Assembly (NCBI RefSeq): GCF_003226535.1
Contig: NZ_QKOB01000006.1
Span: 55,136 to 87,135 of the forward strand
Source: Meiothermus sp. Pnk-1
GTDB lineage: Bacteria; Deinococcota; Deinococci; Deinococcales; Thermaceae
Reading direction: 5' to 3'
DNA length: 32,000 nucleotides
Shown: positions 1 through 9,594 of the stretch, in pieces
How positions within the stretch are numbered: the stretch's first letter is position 1
Layout of the letters: every line of letters begins with the position of its first letter
Notes under the pieces: model-generated
Seen by the model: the letters and a program-made list of their open reading frames with translations, nothing else
What the model was told of the DNA's origin: nothing
Database searches by the model: none
Position numbers and translations under genes: made by a program

Positions 1-218
1 TGGCCCGCTACTACGGGCTGGATCGCCGCGAGATCGCCATGATCGGCGACTCCGATAACGACGTGACGGCGCTGCGCTACGCCGGGCTGGGGATCGCTAT
101 GGGCAACGCCGTCGGGGCGGTCAAGGCGGTCTCCGACCACGTCGTAGGGCACGTCCGCGAGAGCGGCTTTGCCGAGGCCATCGAATACATCCTGGAGCAC
201 AACTATGCCGCTCGCTGA
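1..218 (+). CDS. HAD-superfamily Cof-type phosphatase, C-terminal fragment (5' end lies outside the window)
   Basis: Frame 3 reads ...YYGLDRREIAMIGDSDNDVTALRYAGLGIAMGNAVGAVK... to TGA at 216-218. GDSDND matches HAD motif IV (GDxxND). Confidence 0.7.
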   Translation, partial: ARYYGLDRREIAMIGDSDNDVTALRYAGLGIAMGNAVGAVKAVSDHVVGHVRESGFAEAIEYILEHNYAAR

Positions 219-1020
219 GGAGATGCAGCAGCTTATCGCTGGCTTTCCCGGGGAGGTAGGGGTGGTGCTGGAAAACTTGGCCAGCGGGGAGCGCTTCGCC
301 CACCAGGAAGCCCGCCCCTTCCCGGCCGCCAGCACCATCAAGCTACCGATGCTGTGCTATGCACTTTCGACCGGAGTCGACCTTGAGCAAAAAATCCCCA
401 TCCGACCCGAAACCGTAGCGCTCGGCTCGGGCATCCTCAAGGACCTCTCGCCGGGCCTGGCGTTGCCCTTGCGCGACCTCCTGACGCTGATGATCGTACT
501 GAGCGACAACACCGCCACCAATGTGGTGCTGGACTTCTTCGGACATAAAGCGCCCTTCAACGCCTATTACCGGGCTCGAGGCTGGCTCGAGACCTACACC
601 GCCGGCCTGCTTTCGCTGCCCCAGGACCGGCCCGACCCGAAGCGCGAACAAGGGGACTTCAGCCGGACCAGCGCCCGCGACCAGGCGGCCATCTTGAAGT
701 CGCTGTGGCGGGGGGAGTTACCCCGGGCCCAGACCGCCCTCGATATCCTCTCCAAGCAGCAGCTCACCGGCTTTCTGCGCTACCTCCCGGCGGACCTGGA
801 TGATCTTGAAGAGGGGACCACCCCGCTCAAGCTCTACTCGAAGTCCGGCGAGATCCGCTGCTGCCGCCACGACGCGGGGATCCTGGCCAAGGGAGACCAG
901 GCGGTGGTGATCGCCGTCCTCACCGAGAGCGAAGCCGATCCCCGCTTCCATCCCGACCACCCAGCCGTCTTGCTGATCGGGCGGATCGCCGAAATCGCCT
1001 ACCGCACCTGGCTGACCTGA
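205..1020 (+). CDS. class A beta-lactamase-like serine hydrolase with no obvious signal peptide
   Basis: ORF 169-1020. SxxK (STIK), SDN (LSDNTATN) and KSG (YSKSGE) motifs occur in the canonical order. ATG at 205 has GGAG about 9 nt upstream and overlaps the upstream stop codon. Confidence 0.7.
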   Translation: MPLAEEMQQLIAGFPGEVGVVLENLASGERFAHQEARPFPAASTIKLPMLCYALSTGVDLEQKIPIRPETVALGSGILKDLSPGLALPLRDLLTLMIVLSDNTATNVVLDFFGHKAPFNAYYRARGWLETYTAGLLSLPQDRPDPKREQGDFSRTSARDQAAILKSLWRGELPRAQTALDILSKQQLTGFLRYLPADLDDLEEGTTPLKLYSKSGEIRCCRHDAGILAKGDQAVVIAVLTESEADPRFHPDHPAVLLIGRIAEIAYRTWLT

Positions 1021-1025
1021 GCGCC

Positions 1026-1646
1026 TCACAAAAGCCCCTGGCGCAAAGCCTTGATCGCGGCCTGGGTGCGGTCGGAGGCGGAGAGCTTGGCCAGCAGGTC
1101 CTCGATATAGGTCTTGACCGTGCTCAGGCTGAGGCCGAGGGCCTGGGCGATCTCCTTGTTGGAAAGCCCATCGGCGATCAGGCGCAGGACCTCCAGCTCA
1201 CGTGGCGAGAGCTGGGCCTGGCCCTCGCTGGGCACGCTGAGCTGGCCCAGCACGATGTGGGCGATCTGCGGGTCGAGGTAAGTGGAGCCTATCGCCGCGG
1301 CCCGGATGGCCAGCAGGAGCGAGGCCGGGTCGGTGGACTTGAGGCAGTAGGCATCGGCCCCCGCGGTCATCGCGGCCAACACCTCGGCCTCGAGCTGGTG
1401 CACGGTGAGCACCACCACCCGCACCCCGAAGCGCTCCTTGACCCGCCGGGTGGCCTCGATGCCGTCCATGCCGGGCAGGCCGATGTCCATCAGGACCACG
1501 TCGGCTGGGGTACGCTCGAGCTGTTCGATGGCCTCCTCGGCGCTTCTGGCCTCGCCCACCACCTTCAGGTCCGGCTCGCGCCCCACCGCGACCCGTAGGC
1601 CGTCGCGGGTAAAGGCGTGATCTTCAACGATAAACACTCGGGTCAT
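1026..1646 (-). CDS. NarL/FixJ-family response regulator (REC plus LuxR-type HTH)
   Basis: N-terminal receiver domain (VFIVEDH...VLMDIGLPGMDG) and C-terminal LuxR HTH (LSPRELEVLRLIADGLSNKEIAQALGLSLSTVKTY). Confidence 0.9.
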   Translation of the reverse strand: MTRVFIVEDHAFTRDGLRVAVGREPDLKVVGEARSAEEAIEQLERTPADVVLMDIGLPGMDGIEATRRVKERFGVRVVVLTVHQLEAEVLAAMTAGADAYCLKSTDPASLLLAIRAAAIGSTYLDPQIAHIVLGQLSVPSEGQAQLSPRELEVLRLIADGLSNKEIAQALGLSLSTVKTYIEDLLAKLSASDRTQAAIKALRQGLL

Positions 1647-1648
1647 GG

Positions 1649-3136
1649 CTACTTCGCTTGAAGGGCTTCCTCGAAGGGGACCAGAAGGGGAAGCTCCACC
1701 CGGAAGAGGCTACCCCCGCCGGGGCGCTCGAGGTAGCGGATGCTCCCGCCGTGGGACTGGGCGATCTGGCGGGCCAGGTACAGCCCCAGCCCCTTGCCCC
1801 CGCCGGCGCGGTGGCTGGAAAAGCGGGTGAAGAGCCGCTCGCGGGCCTCCGGGGGGATGCCCGGACCCCGGTCGGCCACCTCCAGCCGGGCTACTCCTCC
1901 CGCCTCCTCCAGCCGCACCTCGACCTCGCTCTCCGGCGGGGCGAACTTGGCCGCGTTGTCCAGCAGGTTTTGCAACAGCCGGCGCAGGTCGCCTTCCCGG
2001 CCCGGGACCTCCAGGCGTTCTGGCGCCGATACCCGGATCTCCAGGCGCCGCTCGCGCCACAACCCCTCTAGCCGCTCCACGCCCTCGCGCACCAGCCGAG
2101 CCAGATCCACCGGGCGCTTGGGGGGTAGGGCTTCCCCGCTTTCCAGCTGGGCCAGCAAAAGAAGTTCCTCGGCCAACTCGAGCAGGTCCTGGTTGGCCTC
2201 GAGGCCGTTGCGCAGGCTTTTCTTGAACTCCTCCGCAAGCTCCCCGTAAGCGCCCTCCAGGGCCAATCGCAAATTCATGGCGTTGGCCATGAGGGGGGTG
2301 CGCAGGTCGTGGGAGAAGGCGTAGATGAGGTCGCGGATCACCGCGTTGCGCTGGGCCAGCTTCTCCTGCTGCTCCTGCAGCCGGGCGAAGAGCCGGGCCT
2401 TGCCCCAGAGGGCCTGCAAGGGCGGCAGAAGCTCCTGGAGGAAAGCCGCCGCGCCCTCGTGGCGGGGGTGCTCAAAGAGCAGGAGCAGGTCGGGCTGGAG
2501 GTGCCCCAGGAGAAAGCTCCTCCCCGAGAGCAACACCTGGCGCACCGGCTGCGGGCTCGAGGCCGGGGCCTCCTGGGGGGCTTCCCAGCCCTTGGGCGTG
2601 GCGTAGAGCCGCTCCCCCCAGCGCCCGCCCCGCAGGGTTAGGACCGCGGCGGCGTCGGCCTCGAAGAGGTTCTTGAGCACCCGCGCGGCCCGCTCTAAGA
2701 GCTCGGGCGGGGTGAGGGGTCCGGAGAGGTCCTCCACCAGCTGGCGCAGTTGCCGCTCCCGCCGGGCGCGGCGCTCCTCCGCCCGGGCCAGGGCCAGGCG
2801 GCTGGAAGACTCCCCGGCCTTGAGCGAGAGCAGCGCCACCAGCAAAAAGGAGAGCGCCGAGAACAGCCGGTTGAGCACGGCGACGCCCTCGAGGCTTCCC
2901 GCGGCCTTGGCGTTGAGCAGGCCGGCGAGGAGGTTGGCCGCCAGCGCCAGCAGGGTCATGCCCAGGGTCAGGCGGCGAGAGAGGGCCAGCCCGGTGAGGG
3001 CGATGGGCACGTTGTAGAGGATGGCCACCACCAGGGCCTGCGGGGTCAGCACGTCGGCCAGGAACACCCCGCCGATCAAGAGGGCGCTCAACAGCGCCAG
3101 GGCGCGCATCGTAACCAGTATAGCCCCCGGCCTCAT
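1649..3136 (-). CDS. membrane sensor histidine kinase
   Basis: H-box FSHDLRTPL, N-box LLDNAAKF, G1 DRGPGIP and G2 GKGLGLYLA. The N-terminus is hydrophobic with multiple membrane spans. The chosen start is ATG 3134-3136, which overlaps the TGA of the upstream ORF (ATGA). The 79-aa Gly/Pro-rich extension in the ORF track is discounted. Confidence 0.85.
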   Translation of the reverse strand: MRPGAILVTMRALALLSALLIGGVFLADVLTPQALVVAILYNVPIALTGLALSRRLTLGMTLLALAANLLAGLLNAKAAGSLEGVAVLNRLFSALSFLLVALLSLKAGESSSRLALARAEERRARRERQLRQLVEDLSGPLTPPELLERAARVLKNLFEADAAAVLTLRGGRWGERLYATPKGWEAPQEAPASSPQPVRQVLLSGRSFLLGHLQPDLLLLFEHPRHEGAAAFLQELLPPLQALWGKARLFARLQEQQEKLAQRNAVIRDLIYAFSHDLRTPLMANAMNLRLALEGAYGELAEEFKKSLRNGLEANQDLLELAEELLLLAQLESGEALPPKRPVDLARLVREGVERLEGLWRERRLEIRVSAPERLEVPGREGDLRRLLQNLLDNAAKFAPPESEVEVRLEEAGGVARLEVADRGPGIPPEARERLFTRFSSHRAGGGKGLGLYLARQIAQSHGGSIRYLERPGGGSLFRVELPLLVPFEEALQAK

Positions 3137-3696
3137 CCGATCACCACCAGCACGCCCAAAGCCCCCCCGCCGAGCAGGGAGGCCACCCGGCCCGCCCACC
3201 CCCAGCGCAGGCCCCGCCGGGGCATCCCCAGGACCACCAAGCCCTGCCGCCGGGCCTCGCGCAAGAAGGCCTGGCTCGAGTACAGCCCGCCCTGGGCCGC
3301 CACCCCGGCCCTGCGGGCCCCCTCGAGCGGGCCCTCCAGCGACTGCCAGGCCCGCTCCCGGGCCGCCCGCCACAGGCTTGGGGAGAAGTAGGGGCCCTCC
3401 AGGTACCCCGCTTCGGGCGGCCCCTCGACCCAGGCCAAGGTCAGCGGTAGGCCCTGCTGCCGCGCCAGCCAGATCCCCTCCTGCGCCGCCCGGAGGCTGA
3501 GGGGCGGGCCCAACCGGACCAGCACCCCTCGGGCCTCCTGAAAGTCTGCGCCCGGGGCGAGGAGCAACGCGGGCCGTTGCAGGCGAGATACCCGCGCCCA
3601 GGCCGCGAGGCTCCCCCCGGGCAGCAGGGCGATTCCCCGCGCCCGCAGGGCGGGCTCGAGGCGGGGCTCAGGGGGAAGGGCCAGCGCCATAGCCAA
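3133..3696 (-). CDS. hypothetical protein with a C-terminal membrane anchor, translationally coupled to the histidine kinase
   Basis: 187-aa ORF ending in the hydrophobic stretch LLGGGALGVLVVIG. ATGA overlap with the kinase start. No motif recognised. The start is TTG 3696 or ATG 3690. Confidence 0.45.
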   Translation of the reverse strand: MAMALALPPEPRLEPALRARGIALLPGGSLAAWARVSRLQRPALLLAPGADFQEARGVLVRLGPPLSLRAAQEGIWLARQQGLPLTLAWVEGPPEAGYLEGPYFSPSLWRAARERAWQSLEGPLEGARRAGVAAQGGLYSSQAFLREARRQGLVVLGMPRRGLRWGWAGRVASLLGGGALGVLVVIG

Positions 3697-3754
3697 GGTC
3701 TCTGCTCATCCTGCGCGGCTACCGGGGTGTGGCCCAGCGGTCAAACGGCCCCGC

Positions 3755-3778
3755 GGGGTCGGTCACCTGACCGATCCC
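3755..3778. promoter_or_regulatory. palindromic operator-like site in the divergent intergenic region upstream of the kdp operon
   Basis: Perfect TCGGTCA-CC-TGACCGA at 3759-3774. With one mismatch it extends to GGGG...CCC over 3755-3778. It lies between the divergent starts at 3696 (-) and 3843 (+). Confidence 0.35.
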
Positions 3779-3842
3779 GGTCGCCAAACGGCGGCTGCCT
3801 CATGAGGAAGAGGGGGTCTAGGCTGGGCGCTGGAGGTGTGAG

Positions 3843-3935
3843 GTGTCGCCGATAGAGTACGCCGTGGTGGGCTTCATCGCCCTGGCGCTCATGGTCTACT
3901 TGGTTTACGTGATCGTTTCCCCCAAGAGGTTCTGA
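3843..3935 (+). CDS. kdpF: KdpF-like 30-aa membrane peptide (absent from the ORF track)
   Basis: GTG start 5 nt after GGAGG. It translates to [30 protein letters not shown]. The C-terminal YLVYxxxxPxxF resembles E. coli KdpF ...GYLVYALINAEAF. The TGA lies 1 nt before the kdpB ATG. Confidence 0.7.
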   Translation: MSPIEYAVVGFIALALMVYLVYVIVSPKRF

Positions 3936-3936
3936 C

Positions 3937-6000
3937 ATGTCCCTGCCCAAAGCTCAGCGGCCGCGCAACCTGGCGCGCGCAAAAGGCCTGTTTGACCCCG
4001 AGCTGTCTCGCCAGGCCCTGGTGGAGGCCTTCCGCAAGCTGGACCCGCGGCGGATAGTAAACAACCCGGTGATGTTCGTGGTGGAAGTAGGGACGGCGCT
4101 GGTGCTGTACTTCACCCTGCGCTCGGCCCTCACCCGCTCCCCCGACCTCGGCTACCAGGCCGCGGTGTTCCTCTTGCTCCTCCTCACCCTGCTCTTCGCC
4201 AACTTCGCCGAAGGGCTGGCCGAGGCCCGCGGGCGGGCCCAGGCCCAGAGCCTGCGCTCGGCCCGCGCCGACCTCAGGGCCCGGCGGATTACCGAAACCG
4301 GGATGGAGGAGGTGGCCAGTACTGCCTTACGGCGCGGGGACCGGGTACGGGTGAAAGAGGGGGAGTTCATCCCCGCCGACGGCGAGGTGGTGGAGGGATT
4401 GGCGGTGGTGGACGAGTCGGCCATCACGGGAGAGTCGGCGCCGGTAGTGCGCGAAGCGGGCAGCGACTTCAACGGGGTGACCGCGGGGACCCGGGTGCTC
4501 ACCGGTGAGATCGTGGTGGAGGTGACCTCCAACCCCGGCGAGAGCTTTCTCGACCGCATGATCGCCCTGGTCGAGGGGGCCAGCCGGCAAAAGACCCCCA
4601 ACGAGATTGCCCTCACCATCCTGCTGGCCGCGCTCACGGCGGTGTTTCTCATCGTCAGCGCCACGCTGCTTCCCTTCAGCCTCTACGCCGGCCAAGGAGT
4701 GGGCCTTACGACCCTGGTCGCCCTCCTGGTCTGCCTGATCCCCACCACCATCGGCGGGCTGCTCTCGGCCATCGGGATTGCCGGGATGGACCGGGCCCTC
4801 AGGGCCAACGTGGTGGCCAAATCCGGCAAGGCGGTGGAGGTCGCGGGGGATGTGGACACCCTGCTCTTGGACAAAACCGGCACCATCACCCTGGGCGATC
4901 GCCAGGCTACCGAGTTCCACCCGGTGGCCGGGGTCTCCCCGGAGCGGCTGGCCTGGGCGGCCCTGGCGGCCTCGCTCCACGACACCACCCCCGAGGGCAA
5001 GAGCATCGTGCGGCTGGCCCGCGAGAGGGGAGCCCGGGTGGAAGAAGCCCTCGCCGCGGGCTCTAAGGGCCTCGAGTTCACCGCCCAAACCCGCATGTCC
5101 GGCACCGATCTGCCGGGGGGGGTGCGGCTGCGCAAGGGCTCCCCCGACCGCATGATGGAGCTGGTGGCGCAAGCGGGAAACAAGGTCCCTCCCGACCTCA
5201 CCCCCTTGGTGGAAGAGGTCGCCCGACAGGGGGCCACCCCGCTGGTGGTGTGCGAGAACGATCAGGCCCTGGGGGTGGTGGCCCTTTCGGATGTGGTCAA
5301 GCCGGGGATCCGCGAGCGCTTCGCCCAGCTCCGGCGCATGGGCTTACGCACGGTGATGGTCACCGGCGACAACCCCCTCACCGCCCGGGCCATCGCCGAG
5401 GAGGCGGGGGTGGATGAGTTCGTGGCCCAGGCCAAGCCGGAGGACAAGCTCCGGCTCATCCGCGAGGAGCAGGCCAAGGGCCGCTTGGTGGCGATGATGG
5501 GCGACGGCACCAACGACGCCCCGGCGCTGGCCCAGGCCGACGTGGGGCTGGCCATGAACTCCGGTACCCAGGCCGCTAAAGAGGCGGCCAACATGATCGA
5601 CCTGGACTCCGACCCCACCAAGCTATTGGAGGTCGTCGAGATCGGCAAGCAGCTCCTGATCACCCGCGGGGCGCTCACCACCTTCTCCGTGGCCAACGAC
5701 GTGGCCAAGTTTTTCGCCATCATCCCGGCGCTGTTCGTAACCTCCTACCCCGAGCTGCAAAGCCTCAACGTGATGCACCTGGCCACGCCGCAGAGCGCCA
5801 TCCTCTCGGCGGTGATCTTCAACGCGATCATTATCCCCCTGCTCATCCCGCTGGCCCTGCGGGGGGTGCGCTACCAGCCGCTGGGAGCCAATGCGCTGTT
5901 GCAGCGCAACCTGCTGATCTACGGCCTGGGGGGGCTGGTGGCCCCCTTCATAGGGATCAAGCTGATCGACCTGGCCCTGAAGGCGCTGGGATGGGGGTAG
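3937..6000 (+). CDS. kdpB: K+-transporting P-type ATPase subunit B
   Basis: 687 aa with the DKTGTIT phosphorylation motif, [10 protein letters not shown] and [12 protein letters not shown]. The N-terminus is KdpB-like ([20 protein letters not shown]). Confidence 0.95.
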   Translation: MSLPKAQRPRNLARAKGLFDPELSRQALVEAFRKLDPRRIVNNPVMFVVEVGTALVLYFTLRSALTRSPDLGYQAAVFLLLLLTLLFANFAEGLAEARGRAQAQSLRSARADLRARRITETGMEEVASTALRRGDRVRVKEGEFIPADGEVVEGLAVVDESAITGESAPVVREAGSDFNGVTAGTRVLTGEIVVEVTSNPGESFLDRMIALVEGASRQKTPNEIALTILLAALTAVFLIVSATLLPFSLYAGQGVGLTTLVALLVCLIPTTIGGLLSAIGIAGMDRALRANVVAKSGKAVEVAGDVDTLLLDKTGTITLGDRQATEFHPVAGVSPERLAWAALAASLHDTTPEGKSIVRLARERGARVEEALAAGSKGLEFTAQTRMSGTDLPGGVRLRKGSPDRMMELVAQAGNKVPPDLTPLVEEVARQGATPLVVCENDQALGVVALSDVVKPGIRERFAQLRRMGLRTVMVTGDNPLTARAIAEEAGVDEFVAQAKPEDKLRLIREEQAKGRLVAMMGDGTNDAPALAQADVGLAMNSGTQAAKEAANMIDLDSDPTKLLEVVEIGKQLLITRGALTTFSVANDVAKFFAIIPALFVTSYPELQSLNVMHLATPQSAILSAVIFNAIIIPLLIPLALRGVRYQPLGANALLQRNLLIYGLGGLVAPFIGIKLIDLALKALGWG

Positions 6001-6008
6001 GAGGCGGG

Positions 6009-6098
6009 ATGTTAGACCTAGTGTACGTGTTGCTCAGTGTGCTCTGCTTCGGGTTGTTTGTGCTCTACGTCTACGGCATGGACCGGATTCGCGATTAG
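6009..6098 (+). CDS. second small hydrophobic peptide (29 aa) between kdpB and kdpA (absent from the ORF track)
   Basis: AGGAGG lies 4 nt upstream of the ATG. It translates to MLDLVYVLLSVLCFGLFVLYVYGMDRIRD, with a single predicted membrane span. It occupies the position kdpF normally holds immediately upstream of kdpA. Confidence 0.5.
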   Translation: MLDLVYVLLSVLCFGLFVLYVYGMDRIRD

Positions 6099-6107
6099 GA
6101 GGGGTGT

Positions 6108-7811
6108 GTGTTCGCAGCTATCGAACAAATTGCGCTGGTGCTGCTGGTCATGACCGGGCTGGCCGTGGGGGTGGGGGCCTACTTAGCCCGGGTGTTTACC
6201 GCGAAGGGGCACTGGGGGGTGGAGCGGCTAACCTACCGCCTCCTGGGGATTGACCCAGCGGAGGAGATGGATTGGAAACGCTACGCCTTGGCGCTGGTGC
6301 TGAGCGACCTGATCATGATGCTCTCAGGCTACGCCCTGCTGCGCCTGCAGGGGCTGCTGCCCCTCAACCCCGCCCACCTGCCCCCGCAAAGCCCCGACCT
6401 GGCCTTCAATACCGCCGCCTCCTTCGTCACCAACACCAACTGGCAAAGCTACGCCGGGGAGACCAGCCTCTCCAACTTCAGCCAGATGGCGGTGATCACC
6501 TTCCTCATGTTCGTGAGCGCGGCCACCGGCTTTGCCGCCGGGGGGGCCTTCATCCGCGGCCTGAGCCGCACCGGGTTTGGCTGTATCGGGAACTTCTGGG
6601 TGGACTTCACCCGGGTGGTTTACCGGGTGATGCTCCCAGCGTGCTTTGTGCTGGCGCTGGTCTACGTGCAACAGGGGGTGCCGCAAACCCTGCAAGCCGA
6701 CGTAGTAGCGCATACCCTCGAGGGTTCCCCCCGGCGCATCGTCCTGGGGCCGGTGGCCAGCCTCGAGGCCATCAAACACCTGGGCACCAACGGCGGGGGG
6801 TTCTTCAACGCCAACGCCGCCCACCCCTACGAAAACCCCACCCCGCTGACCAACGCCCTGCACATCCTGGCCATGCTGCTCATCCCCTCCGCCCTGACCT
6901 ATACCCTCGGCAGCATGTTGGCTCGCCGGCGGCAGGGCTGGGTTTTCTTCGGCACCTTTTTGGTGATGTTCGTGGGCTTTCTCGCCTTGGTCTATAGCGC
7001 CGAGCAGTCGGGTAACCCCCTCTTGGAGCGGGTTGGAGCGGACCAACGCCTCAGCGAGGGCCAAAGCGGGGGGAACCTGGAGGGCAAGGAGGTGCGCTTT
7101 GGCATCACCCAAACTAGCCTCTTCATCACCACCACCACCGCCGCCACCACCGGCTCGGTGGACGCCATGCACGACTCCCTCACCCCCCTGGGCGGCCTGG
7201 TGCCCCTGGCCCAGATGATGCTCAACGTGGTCTTCGGCGGCAAGGGGGTGGGGCTCATTAACCTGGTGCAGTACGCGATTTTGGCGGTGTTCATCATCGG
7301 GCTCATGGTGGGGCGGACCCCGGAGTTCTTGGGGAAAAAGCTCGAGGCCCGCGAGGTCTCCCTCACCGTGCTGGCCTTGCTGGCCCACCCCGCCAGCATC
7401 CTGATCTTCACCGCGCTGGCCCTGGTCTGGCCGGGGGCCCTGGCCAGCCTGAACAACCCCGGAGCTCACGGGTTCAGCGAAGTGCTCTACGCCTACACCT
7501 CGGGCACGGCCAACAACGGTTCGGCCTTCGCCGGGCTCAACGCCAACACCCCCTTTTACAACACCACTATCGGCTTGGCCATGCTCTTGGGCCGCTTCCT
7601 CACCCTCTTGCCGCTGCTGGCGGTGGCTGGCTCGCTGGCCGCCAAACGCTCGGTACCCCAAACGGCGGGGAGCTTCTCCACCGAGACGGGGTTGTTTGGG
7701 GGCGTGCTGGTGTTGGTGATCCTGATGGTGGGGGGGCTAACCTTCTTCCCCGCTTTGGCCCTAGGGCCGATCGTGGAGCATTTGCAGATGCTCGCCGGGA
7801 AGACCTTTTAG
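6108..7811 (+). CDS. kdpA: K+-transporting ATPase subunit A
   Basis: 567 aa and polytopic. KdpA signatures [10 protein letters not shown] and [12 protein letters not shown] are present. GTG start follows AGGAGGGG. Confidence 0.95.
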   Translation: MFAAIEQIALVLLVMTGLAVGVGAYLARVFTAKGHWGVERLTYRLLGIDPAEEMDWKRYALALVLSDLIMMLSGYALLRLQGLLPLNPAHLPPQSPDLAFNTAASFVTNTNWQSYAGETSLSNFSQMAVITFLMFVSAATGFAAGGAFIRGLSRTGFGCIGNFWVDFTRVVYRVMLPACFVLALVYVQQGVPQTLQADVVAHTLEGSPRRIVLGPVASLEAIKHLGTNGGGFFNANAAHPYENPTPLTNALHILAMLLIPSALTYTLGSMLARRRQGWVFFGTFLVMFVGFLALVYSAEQSGNPLLERVGADQRLSEGQSGGNLEGKEVRFGITQTSLFITTTTAATTGSVDAMHDSLTPLGGLVPLAQMMLNVVFGGKGVGLINLVQYAILAVFIIGLMVGRTPEFLGKKLEAREVSLTVLALLAHPASILIFTALALVWPGALASLNNPGAHGFSEVLYAYTSGTANNGSAFAGLNANTPFYNTTIGLAMLLGRFLTLLPLLAVAGSLAAKRSVPQTAGSFSTETGLFGGVLVLVILMVGGLTFFPALALGPIVEHLQMLAGKTF

Positions 7812-7822
7812 GAGGTGGTGAA

Positions 7823-8410
7823 ATGCAAGCTTCCCTTCGTACGCTGTTGCGGCCTGCGGCAATGCTAACCCTATTGTTCATGCTGCTCACGGGCCTTGCG
7901 TATCCCCTGGCCACGGCGCTGGTGGCGAACTTCCTCTTTCCCTACCAGGCTGGGGGCAGCCTCATCCGTCAGGGAGGGCGGGTGGTGGGCTCGAGCCTCC
8001 TGGGCCAAGCCTTTACCTCGCCCCGCTACTTCCACCCGCGGCCCAGCGCCACGGCCCCGGAGCCCTACAACGCCGCCCAGAGCGGCGGCAGCAACCTGGG
8101 CCCGACCAACGCCAAGCTCGTCCAGGCGGTACAGGAACGGGTGCGGCAGTACCGGCAGGAAAACGGCCTGGCGGAGGGGGTGCCGGTGCCCGTAGACGCG
8201 GTCACGGCCTCGGGCTCAGGCCTGGACCCGCACATCTCCCTAGCCAATGCCGAGCTGCAAGCCCCGCGGGTGGCGAAGGCCCGAGGGCTGCCTGTGGAGC
8301 GGGTGCGGCAGCTCATCCGTGAGCACACCCAAGGGCGGCAGTTCGGCCTTTTGGGAGAGCCCAGGGTCAACGTGCTGGAGCTCAACCTGGCCCTGGACGG
8401 GGTACGCTAG
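7823..8410 (+). CDS. kdpC: K+-transporting ATPase subunit C
   Basis: 195 aa with an N-terminal membrane span, GSNLGPTN and [10 protein letters not shown] motifs, and an AGGAGG RBS. Confidence 0.9.
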   Translation: MQASLRTLLRPAAMLTLLFMLLTGLAYPLATALVANFLFPYQAGGSLIRQGGRVVGSSLLGQAFTSPRYFHPRPSATAPEPYNAAQSGGSNLGPTNAKLVQAVQERVRQYRQENGLAEGVPVPVDAVTASGSGLDPHISLANAELQAPRVAKARGLPVERVRQLIREHTQGRQFGLLGEPRVNVLELNLALDGVR

Positions 8411-8415
8411 GAGCC

Positions 8416-9528
8416 GTGGAACCGGCAGCCCCCGACCCAGAGCAGCTGCTCGAGGCCATCCTGAAAAGCGGCCGGGGCCGCCACAAGATCTACGTGGGGG
8501 CCGCCGCCGGGGTGGGCAAGACCTACCGGGCCTTGCAGGAGCTGCGCGAGCGCCTGGAGGCCGGGGTGGACGCGGTGGTGGGCTACCTGGAGACCCACGG
8601 GCGCCCCGACACCGCCCGCATGGCCGAGGGGTTGCCGGTCTTTCCGCGCAAACAGGTGGAGTACAAGGGGGTGGTCCTGCCGGAGATGGACCTGGAGGGG
8701 CTGCTCGCGCGCCGCCCGGCGCTGGTGCTGGTGGACGAGCTGGCCCATACCAACGCCCCCGGCTCCAAGAACGCCAAGCGCTACCAGGACGTGGAGGAAC
8801 TCTTGCAGGCGGGGATCAGCGTGATCTCCACCATGAACATCCAGCACCTGGAGTCCTTGAACGACCTGGTGGCCCGCCTCACCGGGGTGCGGGTGAAGGA
8901 GCGGGTCCCCGACCGGGTGCTCCTGGAGGCCGACGAGGTGATCCTGGTGGACGTGACCCCGGAGGTGCTCCAGGAGCGGCTCCGGGCGGGCAAGATCTAC
9001 CCCAAGGCCAAGATCGAGCAGGCCCTGGCCAACTTCTTCACCGCGGAGAACCTGGCCGTGCTGCGCGAGCTGGCCCTGCGCAGCGTGGCCGACAAGGTGG
9101 AGGAAGACGCCTCGGTGGGGGAGGACTCCCCGGCCCTCAAGGAGCGCATCGCGGTGGCGGTGACCCCCAGCCCCAAAGACGCCCTGCTCATCCGCCGCGG
9201 GGCCCGCATGGCCCAGCGGATGCGCGGCGAGCTGCACGTGGTGCACGTGAGAAACCGCCGCCTCTCGCGGGAGGAGGAGCGGGCGCTGGACAGCCACCGC
9301 ATCATCGCCGAGAGCCTCGAGGGGCGCTTTCATCGCCTCGAGGGCCGCGACGTGGCCCGGGCCCTGGCGGAGTTTGCCAAGGAATACGGCATCACCCAGC
9401 TGGTCTTGGGGGAGAACTCCAACCCCACTTGGCGCGACTTCTTCCGCATCTCCATCATCCAGCGGCTGATCTACCTCACCCACGATATCGACATCCATAT
9501 CATGGACCGGCGCCCCGAGGAATCCTAA
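8416..9528 (+). CDS. kdpD: kinase-less KdpD (KdpD N-terminal sensor domain plus Usp domain only)
   Basis: 370 aa. Walker-like GAAAGVGKTY, LVLVDELAHTNAPGS and ISTMNIQHLESLND match the KdpD N-terminal domain, followed by a Usp-like segment. There are no membrane spans and no HisKA or HATPase_c region. GTG start follows AGGAG. Confidence 0.85.
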   Translation: MEPAAPDPEQLLEAILKSGRGRHKIYVGAAAGVGKTYRALQELRERLEAGVDAVVGYLETHGRPDTARMAEGLPVFPRKQVEYKGVVLPEMDLEGLLARRPALVLVDELAHTNAPGSKNAKRYQDVEELLQAGISVISTMNIQHLESLNDLVARLTGVRVKERVPDRVLLEADEVILVDVTPEVLQERLRAGKIYPKAKIEQALANFFTAENLAVLRELALRSVADKVEEDASVGEDSPALKERIAVAVTPSPKDALLIRRGARMAQRMRGELHVVHVRNRRLSREEERALDSHRIIAESLEGRFHRLEGRDVARALAEFAKEYGITQLVLGENSNPTWRDFFRISIIQRLIYLTHDIDIHIMDRRPEES

Positions 9529-9560
9529 CGGCAGCCCGGCGACAAAGGGGATGCGATAGA

Positions 9561-9585
9561 CATCCTAAGTTATTTGTCAAGCCTC
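9561..9585. repeat. left att-like direct repeat (attL candidate)
   Basis: CATCCTAAGTTATTTGTCAAGCCTC aligns with 16036-16059 (CATCCTGAGAAATGTGTAAGACTC) at 19 of 24 columns with one 1-nt gap. Confidence 0.6.
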
Positions 9586-9594
9586 ATTTACAAC

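Noticed and set aside
3137-3373. 5' extensions of track ORFs: histidine kinase 3137-3373, pdxS 19040-19375, ileS 22832-22891, asnS 16047-16067, pIII-like 13813-13860.
   Set aside because: The extensions are low-complexity or overlap neighbouring genes or a terminator. The downstream starts have an RBS, signal-peptide logic or homology-consistent N-termini.
3697-3842. Possible c-di-AMP (ydaO/kimA-type) riboswitch in the kdp leader, because kdp operons are often under such control.
   Set aside because: I could not find the pseudo-twofold ACGGGG/CCC-type conserved cores. The leader is short (under 150 nt including the promoter), and its main feature is a DNA-type palindrome with a 2-nt centre. 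A covariance-model scan would be needed to settle it.
6324-7661. Long antisense or alternative-frame ORFs in the track (for example 6324-7661 -, 8247-9602 +, 8407-9498 -, 23063-24601 -, 25514-26893 -, 28077-29255 -, 30856-31812 +, 16461-17285 -).
   Set aside because: They overlap genes with clear family motifs. Their products are Gly/Arg/Pro/Ala-rich low-complexity sequence, typical of stop-codon-poor shadow frames in high-GC DNA. They have no RBS or motif support.
8416-9528. kdpD truncated by insertion of the island.
   Set aside because: The ORF ends at a normal stop 33 nt before the left repeat. No kdpD remnant (membrane spans, HisKA, HATPase) exists to the right of the island, where asnS begins immediately.
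9561-9590. XerCD/dif-type attachment site, as used by CTX phi and many other inoviruses.
   Set aside because: The repeats show no 11-6-11 dif-like palindromic arm structure or TTATG...ATAA-type arms. The site lies in a kdpD-asnS spacer, and a dedicated DEDD recombinase is present.
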